Source of the DNA: an uncultured Myxococcales bacterium
Lineage (GTDB): Bacteria; Myxococcota_A; UBA9042
Assembly: GCA_903955385.1 (NCBI GenBank)
Contig: CAJBNH010000118.1
Coordinates: 36,045-100,044, forward strand
Length of the DNA stretch: 64,000 nucleotides
Direction of reading: 5' to 3'
The translations under genes were made by a program, and so were the position numbers. Below, piece after piece: positions 28,425-41,238 of this stretch (position 1 is the stretch's first letter; each line of letters begins with the position of its first letter). The notes below the pieces were generated by a model. The model did no database searches. It saw only the letters and a program-made list of their open reading frames with translations, and was not told the origin of the DNA.

Positions 28425-30229
28425 GGCACCACCCCAAGTCCGGCCGCGGACTTGAAGTCACCCGTGGGGTCCTGGGGTAGGGCTGTCTCCGGGTCTACCG
28501 ACGTCAGCGGCAGGGACATGCGGAATGTGGTTCCCTCGCCCTCCGTGGACTCAAAGGTCAGCGTGCCGCTGTGCGCCAGCATGATCTGCCGCGAGATGTC
28601 GAGACCCAGCCCCAAGCCCTTGTCGCCCTTGGTCGAGAAGAACGGCTCGAACACCCGTGACGCAAGGTCGGCCGGGATGCCGCGCCCGTTGTCGTTCACC
28701 TGAACGACGGCGTGGTCGGCGGTGGTGGACAGCTGGATATCGATCTTGCCGCCCGTGGGCTGCACGGCGTCGACCGCGTTGCGGATCAGGTTGATCAGCA
28801 CCTGCCGGATGCGGTGGGCGTCCATGAACACGATCGGCCGCTCAGCGGGCTCAAAGCGGATGTCGGCCAACTTCACCGCACGGTCACACCGCAGAAAACG
28901 CAGCACACCTTCGATCACGCTAGCGAGATCGTGCGGAGCGATGTTGACCGAGGTCAGGCCACCGGCGGCGAACGACCGGATCTCGTCCACGAGACTCAGG
29001 ATGCGCTGCTGGGCCTCGAGCATGAGCTCGGCCGCCTCCTGAATCTCCTGATCTTCTTGATACTTCCGCGCAATCATGTCGGCCAGCATGAACGGACTGA
29101 GGTGGTTCTTCACCTCGTGCGCGATCCCGCTGGCCAGCCGGCCCAACATGCCCATGCGCTCGGACACGACCAGCCGCTCCTGCGTCGCCAGCAGCTGCTC
29201 TTGGGCCGCCTGCAGCTGGACGATCGCCCGCTCCCTCGCATGGGTCATGTCGATGTTTTCGATGGCGATACCGAGCATCGACGCGATGACCATCATCAGG
29301 TGCAGATCGTTCTCGTCGAAGCCCTCGAGCGTGCGGTTGTGCTCGACCTGAATCAGGCCCAGCAGACGCTCCCCTACTTGCACCGGCACCACCAGCAGCG
29401 AACGCAGGTTGTTCAGCACCACCGACTCGGCGGCCGAAAAGCGTTCGTCTGAGCTGGCATCTGCCGTGATGACGCCGCAGCGCTCCTTCAGCACCCAGTC
29501 CGCCACCGTCTTCGACAGCGTCAGCTCAGCTTCGGGCGAGGTGGGGCCCGTCCCGTCTCGGTAGCGCACGGTGCGGGGCACCAGGTCGCCGTCCTCGTCC
29601 AACAGCACGACGGCGCCCCGGTCGCCGTTGACCACCTGCAGCACCAGGTCCATCAGCCCCGGCATCATGTCGCCGAGCTCGGCGATCGGCTGAAGCGCCT
29701 TGCTGATCTCGTGCAGGATCGCGAAGTTACGCGTTTGCTGGCGCAGCTTCTCGAGCTTTTCGGCCGACGGGAAGCGATCGGTCTCCGATGCGCCAATGGC
29801 GTCGAACAGCGCTGCCGCGTTCAAACTGTCCAGGCGGGTGGAGATTGGCTGGACGGGCCGGACCAGGCGCGGATGCAGCGGCATCTCGTCTTGAATGACG
29901 CGCATGGAGGCTGAGTCGTAGCGCCGGTACGCCTCGACTGCGAACTGCGACGTCCCCAGACGAACGAGGTCACCGTGGAACAGCTGGATGCGCTCGATGC
30001 GCTGTCCATTCACAAACGTGCCGTTGTGACTCTGCAGGTCCTCGACGTACAGGTCGTCGCCTTCCAGCACGAAGCGCGAGTGCTCGCGGCTGATTCGGCG
30101 GTCGGGCACGAAAACGGCGCAGGTCGTCGAACGCCCCACAATCAACTCGTGGTCGATGCGAAAGACTTGGCCTTGCAGGTCCCCGCTCAGGACCCGCAAC
30201 GCTACTCTTGACTGCGCCCTGTGCCCCAT
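28421..30229 (-). CDS. Sensor histidine kinase with N-terminal FHA domain and GAF domain
   Basis: FHA (GRSTTCAVFVPDRRISREHSRFVLEGDDLYVEDLQSHNGTFVNG). GAF region. H-box (IAHEVKNHL). HATPase N, G1 and G2 boxes (DNGRGIP, GLGLGL). Confidence 0.85.
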   Translation of the reverse strand: MGHRAQSRVALRVLSGDLQGQVFRIDHELIVGRSTTCAVFVPDRRISREHSRFVLEGDDLYVEDLQSHNGTFVNGQRIERIQLFHGDLVRLGTSQFAVEAYRRYDSASMRVIQDEMPLHPRLVRPVQPISTRLDSLNAAALFDAIGASETDRFPSAEKLEKLRQQTRNFAILHEISKALQPIAELGDMMPGLMDLVLQVVNGDRGAVVLLDEDGDLVPRTVRYRDGTGPTSPEAELTLSKTVADWVLKERCGVITADASSDERFSAAESVVLNNLRSLLVVPVQVGERLLGLIQVEHNRTLEGFDENDLHLMMVIASMLGIAIENIDMTHARERAIVQLQAAQEQLLATQERLVVSERMGMLGRLASGIAHEVKNHLSPFMLADMIARKYQEDQEIQEAAELMLEAQQRILSLVDEIRSFAAGGLTSVNIAPHDLASVIEGVLRFLRCDRAVKLADIRFEPAERPIVFMDAHRIRQVLINLIRNAVDAVQPTGGKIDIQLSTTADHAVVQVNDNGRGIPADLASRVFEPFFSTKGDKGLGLGLDISRQIMLAHSGTLTFESTEGEGTTFRMSLPLTSVDPETALPQDPTGDFKSAAGLGVVP

Positions 30230-30406
30230 GCGCCTCCGCGCGTGCCTGTGCCGACGTATCGGTCGATGCTAGGCGTGGGCGGCGATCGTGTAAAGCAGTC
30301 ATCAGCACGCACGCAGAACCCGAAACGCCCGCGATTTTCTTTGACCTCGCTGGGGGTCCGTTATCATGGGCCGAATGGGGAACTTCCCCCGGCCGATCGG
30401 CGTGGA

Positions 30407-31189
30407 GTGCGCGTGTCCGACGAAGTGCCGATCCTGCAGGTGACGGGTCTGCACAAGTCGTTCGGCGACCAGCAGGTGCTGCGCGGCGTCGACTTGCGCA
30501 TCGAGACCGGCCTCATCACCGTCATCATCGGCGGGTCGGGCAGCGGCAAAAGCGTGCTGATCAAGCATCTGGTCGCACTGCTGCGGCCCGATCAGGGACA
30601 AGTGCTCTTTCACGGACGCGACCTGTTCACCATGCGCCACGACGAGGTCCTGCAAGCGCGGCGACACTTCGGCATGCTGTTTCAGAATTCGGCCCTGTTC
30701 GACTCGATGAGCGTGTTCGACAATGTCGCCTTTCCACTGCGAGAGCATCGCAAGCTGTCTCGGGCCGACGAACGCGAGTTGGTCATCTCTCGTCTGGAGG
30801 AGTTGAACCTGTTCAATGTCGAACACAAGTTCCCGTCTGAGCTCAGCGGCGGCATGCGCAAGCGCGTGGCATTGGCGCGGGCCACCGTGCTCGGTCCGGA
30901 GATCCTGATCTACGACGAACCTACGACGGGTCTGGACCCCGTGATGATCGCACAGGTCGACGACATGATCGCAGAGACGCAAGAGCGCCACCACGTAACG
31001 TCGGTCGTCATTTCTCATGACATGGCCAGCACGTTCCGCATCGCTCACCGCATCGCCGCGCTGCACGATGGCGTGATCGTCGACTACGGCACCCCCGACC
31101 ACATGCGCAGCAGCCACCACCCCGTGGTGCGCGCCTTCATCGAGACCAGCGGCACCAGCGGCCGCCGGACTGCGGAGGCCGAACGGTGA
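30407..31189 (+). CDS. ABC transporter ATP-binding protein, MlaF-like
   Basis: Walker A GGSGSGKS, signature LSGGMRKRVALARA, Walker B ILIYDEPTTGLD. The GTG start (30407 or 30413) is uncertain. Confidence 0.8.
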   Translation: MRVSDEVPILQVTGLHKSFGDQQVLRGVDLRIETGLITVIIGGSGSGKSVLIKHLVALLRPDQGQVLFHGRDLFTMRHDEVLQARRHFGMLFQNSALFDSMSVFDNVAFPLREHRKLSRADERELVISRLEELNLFNVEHKFPSELSGGMRKRVALARATVLGPEILIYDEPTTGLDPVMIAQVDDMIAETQERHHVTSVVISHDMASTFRIAHRIAALHDGVIVDYGTPDHMRSSHHPVVRAFIETSGTSGRRTAEAER

Positions 31190-32814
31190 AGAACCTGCGC
31201 GCCACGGTCGCCGTCGGCCTCCTCGCCATCGCCACCGTCGTTCTGGTCGTGATTGGCGTGGCGTACTCGAACCGCGGCGTCACCAGCGGCGGCGATACCT
31301 ATCGACTCATCGCGATGTTCGACGACGTCACCGGCATTGCGGCTGGCACCAAGGTCACCATCGCCGGCTACACGGTCGGGCAAGTCGACGACATCCACCT
31401 CAAGGGCCACCAGGTCCGCGTGACGTTGCTGGTGCGCAATCTGGTCGTGGCGTACGCGGGCGTGATCGACCCGCAGTCGGGGAATCTGCGCAACGCGGCC
31501 CTGCTGACGCGGCGCGAAGCCTCGCTGCTGGGCGACTACTACCTCGAACTGACACCCGGTGCCGGTGGGCCGATCCTGAAGGAAGGCGACGAGATCCCGA
31601 TCGTGGTCACGGCCACGGCGATGCAGGCGACGCTGCAGAAGCTCGAGACCGCCGCCAACATCGTGCCGAAGATCGACAAGATCGCGGGCGACGTGGCGCT
31701 GATCACGAACAACGCGGCCAAGGTCTTGGGGTCGGACCAAGGTGCCAAGCGGTTCGAGGAGATCGCCGACAACCTGGTCAAGGCCAGCCGCGAGCTGACG
31801 CTGACGACCGAGAATCTGCGCCAGCGCCTCAGTGAAGGCACCCTGGCCCCCGGTGGCGACCTGGATCGCGGAGTCAGGGGCTTTGCCGACACCGTTGCCA
31901 AGATCAACCGCATGGCCGACGGGTTGTCGGGGCAGGTGACCAAGGGCGCCAACAGTGCCAACCGCAGCCTCGCCAACATCGAGGTCGTGACCACCACCGT
32001 GCGCGACATCGTGGGCCGCAATACAGGGGAGTTCGACTCTACCGTGGCTTCGGTCACCGCGCTGCTGAAGCGTCTGGACGGCACGCTTGCGCGACTGGAC
32101 CGCGTCGTGGCTGAGGTCGAAACCACCACCCAGCACGTCGCCGAAGGCAAGGGCACGGTGGGACGGCTGCTGCACGACGAGACGCTGGTGCGGTCGGCCG
32201 AAGAGGTGATGGGCGACGCCAAGGCGCTGCTGGATCGCTATACGGCGCTTGAGGTTGGCGTGGACTACCGGGTCGCGGCCTACGCCGAGCGCGTGCAGTA
32301 TGCCCACCAGCTCGCGTGGCAATCGCACCTGAGCCTGCGTCTGCAGCCGCGCAAGGACATGTACGTGCTGGCCACCCTGACCAGCGACAATGTGGGGCGC
32401 AAGCTGACGCGGGTCACGACGGGTACCCAGGGCCAGGAGCCGCTGCTGACGGACACGTACCTCCAGGAAGACACCCAGTTCAAGTTCGGCGTGCAGTACG
32501 CACGGCGGTTTGGCTTCGTGACGCTGCGCGGCGGTCTAATCGAGTCCAGCGCGGGCGGCGGCATGGACGTGCACGCGTTCGCCGACCGCGTGATGCTGTC
32601 GGCCGACCTGTTCCGTTTCGACGAGAGCTCGCGGCCCCGACTGCGCGCGGTGCTGCTGGTCGAGTTCTACAAGTACCTGTTCGCTTGGGCGGGTGGCGAC
32701 GAGCTGATGTACCCCAGCACCCGCGCCGACCTGTTCTATGGCCTGGGCGTGCGTTTCGCCGACGACGACTTGAAGATCCTGTTCGCCAGCGCCCCGTCGA
32801 TCTCGACCAAGTAG
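31186..32814 (+). CDS. MCE/MlaD-family protein (long form, 542 aa)
   Basis: N-terminal TM helix plus the MCE domain (YRLIAMFDDVTGIAAGTKVTIAGYTVGQVDDIHL). Overlaps the ATPase gene by 4 nt. Confidence 0.8.
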   Translation: MKNLRATVAVGLLAIATVVLVVIGVAYSNRGVTSGGDTYRLIAMFDDVTGIAAGTKVTIAGYTVGQVDDIHLKGHQVRVTLLVRNLVVAYAGVIDPQSGNLRNAALLTRREASLLGDYYLELTPGAGGPILKEGDEIPIVVTATAMQATLQKLETAANIVPKIDKIAGDVALITNNAAKVLGSDQGAKRFEEIADNLVKASRELTLTTENLRQRLSEGTLAPGGDLDRGVRGFADTVAKINRMADGLSGQVTKGANSANRSLANIEVVTTTVRDIVGRNTGEFDSTVASVTALLKRLDGTLARLDRVVAEVETTTQHVAEGKGTVGRLLHDETLVRSAEEVMGDAKALLDRYTALEVGVDYRVAAYAERVQYAHQLAWQSHLSLRLQPRKDMYVLATLTSDNVGRKLTRVTTGTQGQEPLLTDTYLQEDTQFKFGVQYARRFGFVTLRGGLIESSAGGGMDVHAFADRVMLSADLFRFDESSRPRLRAVLLVEFYKYLFAWAGGDELMYPSTRADLFYGLGVRFADDDLKILFASAPSISTK

Positions 32815-32830
32815 CTGACGCAAGCCCTCG

Positions 32831-34027
32831 TCACGCCTGCACAATCTCCACCGCTTGGTTCCACCGCAGCAGCGCCAGCGCGACCAGCTTGGCGCGCTCA
32901 GCCACCGTGTGACGGCGAACCTTCTCGTCGTGGGTGTGCGGGTGCTCGCCGACCGGCCCCAGACCGTCGACGGTTGGAATCCCCAGCGCGGCCGTAAAGT
33001 TGGCGTCGCTGCCGCCGCCTGTGTCCTCGGCGCCGACGTCCTGATCGAACTCCCGTGCGACCGCCTGAAAGTGCGCAACTGCACGGTCGGACTGCGCAGA
33101 GCGCTGCCACGGCGGCCGCCCCACGCCCCCCAGAATGTCCACGCTCGCTCCCGGCACCGGCGGTTGGCTGCACAGCGCGCGGATGGCCGCGTCGACGCGC
33201 TCGCCTTCCTCAACCGTCAGGATCCGCAGATCGACCTCGATCTTCGCCTCATCGGGGACCACGTTGCGCTTGGTGCCGCCGCGGATCACGCCGACATTGA
33301 CGGTCGTGCCATGCGCGGGGTCGTTCAGCTTTGCCAGCGCCAACACCAGATGCGCCATGCCGACAATGGCGTTGACGCCCGCCGACGGGTCCATGCCCGC
33401 GTGCGCCGACTTGCCCCGCACCGTGATGAAGTAGCGCCCCACGCCTGCCCGCGACCGCACCAACGCCCCGGTCTTGCGGCCGATCTCGAAGTCCAGCGCC
33501 AGGTCGCGGTCGACCGCCAGCTGCTGAATCAGGTCGCGCGAGGTCGGCGACTGCACCTCTTCGTCCGCATTGTGGAAACAGACCCAGTCGAACGCGTCCA
33601 GCTGCCGCACGGCCTGCAGCGCCTCCAGAGCCGCCTGCGCCACCACCAGCCCGCCCTTCATGTCGCCCACGCCGGGACCGCACAGCCACTCCCCCTGCTG
33701 GGTAAACGACAGAAACGTCGAGGTGCTGTCGTACACGGTATCGAAGTGCCCTAGCATCAGGATCTTGGGGGCCGTCTTGCCGACCTGAGGCTTGGCCGGC
33801 CGCCGCGCGATCAGGTGAACCATGTCGCCCGGCCGCGCAACCCGCTCGCAGGCAAAGCCCAACCGCTCGTAAACGCGCTGCAGCTGCTCCAGACAGGTCA
33901 GGCGGCCAGCGGGGTTGTCCAAGCCACTGTTGACGTCGACCAAAGCGCGCAGGCGCTCGATCAGCTGGGGCTCGTTGCGGTCGAGGAACTCGATGACCTG
34001 GCTGTCCAAGCGGGGGTCGGGGGACAT
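32831..34027 (-). CDS. M20-family metallopeptidase (ArgE/DapE/CPG2-like)
   Basis: Metal-binding motifs (LMLGHFDTVY, GDMKGG, ADEE). 398 aa. Confidence 0.8.
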   Translation of the reverse strand: MSPDPRLDSQVIEFLDRNEPQLIERLRALVDVNSGLDNPAGRLTCLEQLQRVYERLGFACERVARPGDMVHLIARRPAKPQVGKTAPKILMLGHFDTVYDSTSTFLSFTQQGEWLCGPGVGDMKGGLVVAQAALEALQAVRQLDAFDWVCFHNADEEVQSPTSRDLIQQLAVDRDLALDFEIGRKTGALVRSRAGVGRYFITVRGKSAHAGMDPSAGVNAIVGMAHLVLALAKLNDPAHGTTVNVGVIRGGTKRNVVPDEAKIEVDLRILTVEEGERVDAAIRALCSQPPVPGASVDILGGVGRPPWQRSAQSDRAVAHFQAVAREFDQDVGAEDTGGGSDANFTAALGIPTVDGLGPVGEHPHTHDEKVRRHTVAERAKLVALALLRWNQAVEIVQA

Positions 34028-34073
34028 GGTTCTCCTGCACGATGGTTCGAGTGGTCGGGAAGGTTGGGCGGGT

Positions 34074-34658
34074 TCAGGACTCAGCGAGCAACGCGATCTT
34101 TTGGAACACAGGCACCCGCTCCACGGCGGTCTCGCGCAGCTCGCCGTCGCTCTCCAGGTAGATGGTCCCTTCTGTGATCGTCACGTTCCACGCCATGTTG
34201 CGGCTGCCAACAGTCTCGAGCCACTGCATGAAGGCGGGGTCGATCAGGTGAATCTCCAGATGCTCGAGATGCCGCGGACGCTCGTTGGTCACCTCGACGC
34301 GGAAGCGCTCGGCCTCTTCGCGGTCCACGAACAACGCCAGAAAGCGAGCCGCCTTGTGATGCCCCAGCGCCCGGATGACCCGCTTCATCGGCGGACAGCC
34401 GCACTCGACCCACATGACCAGATCCCCAGTCAGATCGAGCGCTTGCAGATCCGGCTCGTGCAAGTCGGTAAAGCCCGACCGGTCGGTCAACGCGTCATCG
34501 TAGAAGAGCACGTGCGCCAGAAAGCGCAGCAGGATGTGCTCGTCGGGCTCGTCGGGGTTCTGCGCGCAAACGAGGGTGCGCTGACCGTAGACGCCGCGGT
34601 CAAGGTCGCTAAGGGTCAACCGCACCTGACATCGAAACGGAACGTTGCCCATGGGCAC
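34074..34658 (-). CDS. YaeQ-family protein
   Basis: MPMGNVPFRCQVRLTLSDLDRGVYGQ...DEPD...WVECGCPP fits the YaeQ pattern as I recall it. Confidence 0.65.
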   Translation of the reverse strand: MPMGNVPFRCQVRLTLSDLDRGVYGQRTLVCAQNPDEPDEHILLRFLAHVLFYDDALTDRSGFTDLHEPDLQALDLTGDLVMWVECGCPPMKRVIRALGHHKAARFLALFVDREEAERFRVEVTNERPRHLEHLEIHLIDPAFMQWLETVGSRNMAWNVTITEGTIYLESDGELRETAVERVPVFQKIALLAES

Positions 34659-34724
34659 GCCTCCACAGGGCCGGGGAGTCTAGCCCTGTCGGTGCTCGGG
34701 GACAACGCGAGGAGAAAGGCGGAC

Positions 34725-35474
34725 CTACTCGTCGCCGACCAACGCCGCCTTCAGGTAATCGCGGTTCAGCTCTGCGATAACGCGCACGCTGATCTCCTTG
34801 GGGCAGACCGCTTCGCACTCGAAGTAGTTGGAGCACGAGCCGAAGCCCTCTGCGTCTGCCTGAGCGATCATGTTCAGCACGCGGCGCTGGCGCTCGGGCT
34901 GACCTTGGGGCAGATGAGCGAGCTGGCTGACCTTGGCGCCGATGAACAGCATGGCCGACGCGTTCTTGCAGGCCGCGACACACGCGCCGCAGCCAATGCA
35001 GGACGCAGCGTCCATCGCCAAGTCCGCGTGCTTCTTGGCGATTGGCAACGCGTTGGCGTCAGGCGTGCCGCCGGTCGAGACCGACACGAAGCCGCCAGCC
35101 GCGATGATGCGGTCGAACGAGCCGCGGTCGACGACCAGGTCGCGGATCATCGGAAACGCCTTCGAGCGGAACGGCTCGATGGTGATGGTCTCGCCGTCCT
35201 TGAAGTGCCGCATGTGCAGCTGGCAGGTGGTGGTGGCGCGCTCCTTGCCGTGCGGCAGCCCGTTGATGACGAGCGAACACATGCCGCAGATGCCCTCGCG
35301 GCAGTCGTGATCGAACGCAACGGGCTCGTCGCCCTTGTCGATCAGCCGCTCGTTGACCACGTCGAGCATCTCGAGGAACGACATGTCCTCGCTGATGCCG
35401 GGCGCGTCGTACGAGACCATGCCGCCCTTGTCGTTGCCGTCCTTCTGACGCCAGATCTTCAGCGTGAGGTTCAT
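34725..35474 (-). CDS. sdhB: Succinate dehydrogenase/fumarate reductase iron-sulfur subunit
   Basis: 2Fe-2S ligands (CREGICGMC), 4Fe-4S ([11 protein letters not shown]), 3Fe-4S ([12 protein letters not shown]). Start trimmed to MNLTLKIW. Confidence 0.9.
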   Translation of the reverse strand: MNLTLKIWRQKDGNDKGGMVSYDAPGISEDMSFLEMLDVVNERLIDKGDEPVAFDHDCREGICGMCSLVINGLPHGKERATTTCQLHMRHFKDGETITIEPFRSKAFPMIRDLVVDRGSFDRIIAAGGFVSVSTGGTPDANALPIAKKHADLAMDAASCIGCGACVAACKNASAMLFIGAKVSQLAHLPQGQPERQRRVLNMIAQADAEGFGSCSNYFECEAVCPKEISVRVIAELNRDYLKAALVGDE

Positions 35475-35485
35475 CGCGTGGCTCC

Positions 35486-37399
<1,914 letters not shown>

Positions 37400-37484
37400 C
37401 TCAGTTCCCCCGTGGCCTTGGCGAATCGTCGCGGTCGGCCGGGTGCGGAGGGCGCACTTCGCGCCCCCCAGTTGGTTCGGTGGG

Positions 37485-38198
37485 CTACAGCACGTCCTTG
37501 AACGGCCCCAGGTTCAGCAGGATCGCGAGCGGCATCGAGACGTTGCCCAGCATCACGACCCAAGCCAGCACCTGCCCGGCACGCGTCAGCAGCGGCCGGT
37601 ACTGATCGTTCACGATGCCGGTTGTCTGGAACACGCTGGCGACGCCGTGATGCAGGTGCGTGCCCAGCAACAGCATCAGCACGATGTAGGAACCGCCGTT
37701 CGCCGGGTCGCGGAAGCCGTGCACGACCATCGCGTACACGTCCTTGGGAGCGGTGGGATCGACGCCCTCGATCGGGATACCGCCCAGCGTGAAGTGCAGC
37801 AGGTGGTAGCCAAGGAACAGCAGCATCGCCACGCCCGTCCACCGCATCGTGCGCGACGAGATCGAGGCCTTGGCGGTAGCTTCGTTGACGTACTTCACAG
37901 GGCGCGCAGCCCAGGCACGCAGGGTCAGTCGCCAAGCCGACCACACGTGCGCGACCAGCGACGCGAAGATCACGGAGCGAACGACCCAAAGACCGGCCCC
38001 GAGTCCCTGCAAGAACTCTGCGTACTTGTTCAACTTCTCAGGTCCGGAATAGACCTGCAGGTTGCCGACCAAGTGGCCGAGCACGAACAGCACGAGCACA
38101 AGGCCAGACAGCGCCATCAGGAACTTCTGGCCGACGGTGGAGGTCAAGCGGTGGCCCAGACGGCCGAGCCCGGCAGACTGAACAGCGGCGGATTCCAT
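37485..38198 (-). CDS. sdhC: Succinate dehydrogenase cytochrome b558 subunit (five-TM type)
   Basis: Multi-TM protein with conserved His residues, directly upstream of sdhA. Start trimmed to MESAAVQ. My position read-out and the ORF frame disagree by 1 nt; the frame-consistent coordinate is given. Confidence 0.65.
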   Translation of the reverse strand: MESAAVQSAGLGRLGHRLTSTVGQKFLMALSGLVLVLFVLGHLVGNLQVYSGPEKLNKYAEFLQGLGAGLWVVRSVIFASLVAHVWSAWRLTLRAWAARPVKYVNEATAKASISSRTMRWTGVAMLLFLGYHLLHFTLGGIPIEGVDPTAPKDVYAMVVHGFRDPANGGSYIVLMLLLGTHLHHGVASVFQTTGIVNDQYRPLLTRAGQVLAWVVMLGNVSMPLAILLNLGPFKDVL

Positions 38199-38405
38199 GC
38201 GGTCTCCTTGGTCGAATACGGCAACGCGACATCGAGCGGTCGATGCCGCGCGGGTGCGGTCTCGCTGCAGAGCGGGCCGCCGGAAAGGGACGAGGCAGGC
38301 GCGAAAGGCGGGGTGAGACCCGATGCCCCCACACCGGTACGGCAAGGGGCAATCCTGCCGCCGCCCGGAGCCCTCGACAAGCCCCGGACGGCAGCAGGAC
38401 GCAGA

Positions 38406-39392
38406 CTACTTGAGCAGGTCGGCGACGACGGCGCGCTCCTGCAAGAGTTCCTCGACCGTCAGCTTGGTCTTTTCCTTGGCCCAGTCCGTCGCCGGCAGGC
38501 CCTGAACGATGCTGTAGCCGCCCTTGCCGTCCGAGGTGACCGGGAACGACGAGTAGATGCCCTCAGCCACGCGGTAGGACCCGTCGGACCACACGGCCGC
38601 CGAGAACCACTCGCCCGCGGGCGTGGCGCGCTCGAAGTCCTTGATGTGGTCGATGGCCGCCGACGCTGCCGAGGCCGCGCTGGACTTGCCACGGGCCGCG
38701 ATGATCGCCTTGCCGCGGTTCTGCACGCTCTTGAGGAAATCGCCGCGCAGCCACTCGTGGTCGGTGATGATCTCGGTGACCGGGCGACCCTTGATCGTCG
38801 CGTTCTCGAAGTCCGGGTACATCGACTCGCTGTGGTTGCCCCAGATCGCCAGATTCGCCACGTCCGCGTTGGTGACGCCGGCCTTCTGCGCCAGCTGGGC
38901 GACCGCGCGGTTCTGGTCCAGGCGGGTCATCGCGCCAAAACGCTCCTTGGGAATCGAGCAGTTCGAGGCGGCGATCAGGCAGTTCGTGTTGCACGGGTTG
39001 CCGACAACCAGGACGCGCAGGTCCTTGGCGCCGCGCTCCAGAGCCTTGCCCTGACCGACGAAGATGGGGCCGTTCTCCTTGATCAGGTCGGCGCGCGCCA
39101 TGCCCGGACCACGGGGCTTGGAGCCGACCAGCACGGCCCAGGACACGCCATTGAAGGCCACGTTCTCGTCGCTGGTGCACTCGATGCCCGCCAGCGACTT
39201 GAAGCCGCAGTCGGCCAGCTCCATCGCGACGCCTTCAAGCGCCTTCTGCACTTCGGGAATCGGCAGGTCGAGCAGCTGCAGAATGACCTTGCGATCCGGA
39301 CCAAACGTCTCGCCGGACGCCAGGCGGAACAACAGGCTGTAGCCGATCTGGCCGGATGCACCGGTGACGGCGACGCGAATCGGGCTGGTCAT
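38406..39392 (-). CDS. mdh: Malate dehydrogenase (NAD-dependent, long MDH clade)
   Basis: [24 protein letters not shown], catalytic [13 protein letters not shown]. Start trimmed to MTSPIRV (ATG 39390-39392, AGGGGGA RBS). Confidence 0.9.
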   Translation of the reverse strand: MTSPIRVAVTGASGQIGYSLLFRLASGETFGPDRKVILQLLDLPIPEVQKALEGVAMELADCGFKSLAGIECTSDENVAFNGVSWAVLVGSKPRGPGMARADLIKENGPIFVGQGKALERGAKDLRVLVVGNPCNTNCLIAASNCSIPKERFGAMTRLDQNRAVAQLAQKAGVTNADVANLAIWGNHSESMYPDFENATIKGRPVTEIITDHEWLRGDFLKSVQNRGKAIIAARGKSSAASAASAAIDHIKDFERATPAGEWFSAAVWSDGSYRVAEGIYSSFPVTSDGKGGYSIVQGLPATDWAKEKTKLTVEELLQERAVVADLLK

Positions 39393-39639
39393 GGAATCCC
39401 CCTTGATTGGTGAGCGCACCTGGGTGTTGGAAGTCGGTCGCAACGCGGAACCGACGAAAAACGCGTCAGCGGCCCCGCACAACCGCGAGCCGGGACGACG
39501 AGATAGAGCGAAGAATTGAACCGGAACCGTGCCGGCTGGCCCCCGCCAGAAGGTCGAGATCATCCCGGGGGACGGGTTCTTGTCAAGGGCCGACCGCGTT
39601 TGCCGACAAATCGGCGCGGGGACCAAACGACAGATCCGC

Positions 39640-40110
39640 TCAACCCACAGGTTCTTCAGAGGAACTCAATGGACCTTGAGGTCGGGATCTGTTCAAGGCG
39701 TCGGCCTCGAGCAGCGCCGTCGCACGCACCTCGACCGCCTCGGCGCAGATCTGCCCGCGCAGGAACACGCGGCGCCCGGTGAAGTCGATCTCCTCCCAGT
39801 CTGGCCCCGTGAACGGGTCGCGGTCCTCGCGCAGATGCTCGTCGAAGCGTTCCCCCAGCAGATCCAGCAGCAGGTCGACCGCCTGACGCTCGCGCAGCTT
39901 CTCGCGTTTGAGGTCCACGCGCGCCTCAACCGGATACACGCGCTTTCTCTCCGCGTCCGCCAGCTCCCACCGCATCGACAGCCAGTCCGCCTCGACGGAA
40001 GCACTCACGGCGATCCGCTCATCGCGCCGCAGCCGCCCCAGGAACAGCTCGTGCAGCATCCGCTCGATGCGCCGCGCCTCAAATTCACCGATCACCTCGC
40101 GCGCTGCCAT
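39640..40110 (-). CDS. Hypothetical protein (156 aa, charged)
   Basis: ORF with GC-rich third positions and no recognizable motif. Confidence 0.35.
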   Translation of the reverse strand: MAAREVIGEFEARRIERMLHELFLGRLRRDERIAVSASVEADWLSMRWELADAERKRVYPVEARVDLKREKLRERQAVDLLLDLLGERFDEHLREDRDPFTGPDWEEIDFTGRRVFLRGQICAEAVEVRATALLEADALNRSRPQGPLSSSEEPVG

Positions 40111-40122
40111 CCCGCGTTCTCC

Positions 40123-40917
40123 CTACAGCCGCCACCACAGGTCCAGCACCGGAAAGACCGTCCAGCGCGACACCGAAGTCTCGCCGACCAACTCGCCCAT
40201 CATGAACTCGCCCACCGTCACGCCGGCCAGCAGGTGGAAGCGCCCGAAATCATGCAGCCATGCAACTGTATATGTCGGCGTGTCGATCGACTGCCGCGAG
40301 ATGTCCCAGCGGCCCAGCGCCGTCGCCATCAGCAGATCTGACTCCGTCAGCAATCCGTGCAGCTCGATCGTGCCAGAGACGCCGTGCCCGGTGGTGCTGC
40401 AAGATCGCCCGTCGATCGCCCGCGCCGCCACACACGAGTCCTCGGGAGGCAGCCCCAGCCGCACGTGGTATGAGCTCCCGAGCGTCAATCCCAGCCTCCG
40501 CTCCGGGTACCAGGTGCCGACAGGCCCCACCGTGATCTCGCCGGGAGACGAGCGCGCCTGCTCCGACAGCGCCGCACTGCCGAAAAACGACTGCTTGTAC
40601 GACGCTGCCCCCGACAGCACCCAGGTCCGAGCCTCTTCCAACCGATAGCGCCCCGCGACATTCGGCACCAGCAGCAGCGCCAGGACGGGGTGCGACTGAA
40701 TCGTGAAGCGGTCGGTGACGCCATAAGCGATCGGCGAAACCACACCGAACGTCAGCGCCCCCTGCTCCAGCACCTGCGCGGTCCCCATCGTCACAGATTG
40801 CACACTCTTCCACTCGGCAGCCGCCACGCACGGCCACGCCAGCAACACCGCGGCAAACACCCCGCAAGACACCCGCAACCACCTACCCACGCAGGACTTT
40901 TTGGTTTCTTCCGGCAT
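40123..40917 (-). CDS. Hypothetical secreted/outer-membrane beta-barrel-like protein
   Basis: Signal peptide (VFAAVLLAWPCVAAAEW). Alternating-hydrophobic strands. C-terminal aromatic-rich end (LDLWWRL). Start chosen at ATG 40915-40917. Confidence 0.45.
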   Translation of the reverse strand: MPEETKKSCVGRWLRVSCGVFAAVLLAWPCVAAAEWKSVQSVTMGTAQVLEQGALTFGVVSPIAYGVTDRFTIQSHPVLALLLVPNVAGRYRLEEARTWVLSGAASYKQSFFGSAALSEQARSSPGEITVGPVGTWYPERRLGLTLGSSYHVRLGLPPEDSCVAARAIDGRSCSTTGHGVSGTIELHGLLTESDLLMATALGRWDISRQSIDTPTYTVAWLHDFGRFHLLAGVTVGEFMMGELVGETSVSRWTVFPVLDLWWRL

Positions 40918-41238
40918 GTTGGCCCGGCTCCCGGCCGCCAAGAGCAGCACGTGGCGCAGCGTAGGCGATCGGCGCGGGAAGGCAAAAGCCCGCCCCGTAC
41001 GAGCACAAAATGGAGCAGACCAAACCGATTGCAGGCTTGACATCACAGGTTTCCTTCCCTAGCCTACCGTTCCCCGAACGGGTCCCGCCGCCTTCCGGTT
41101 GCGAGTTCCGCTTGGGGCGACAGCAGGGAACGCCCAGCGGACCCGCGAAGTCGATGTACCCGCTAGAGAAGGTCGAGGAAGGACTCGGGGCAGGACAGGC
41201 TGGGTGTCGATCGCGCAACGCGAACACGGCACCAGGAC

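Noticed and set aside
33249-34040. 263-aa minus-strand ORF overlapping the M20 peptidase gene in another frame
   Set aside because: It has the same orientation but is out of frame with the M20 peptidase ORF, which has clear metal-binding motifs. The overlapping ORF is Arg/Gly/Ala-rich with no motifs.
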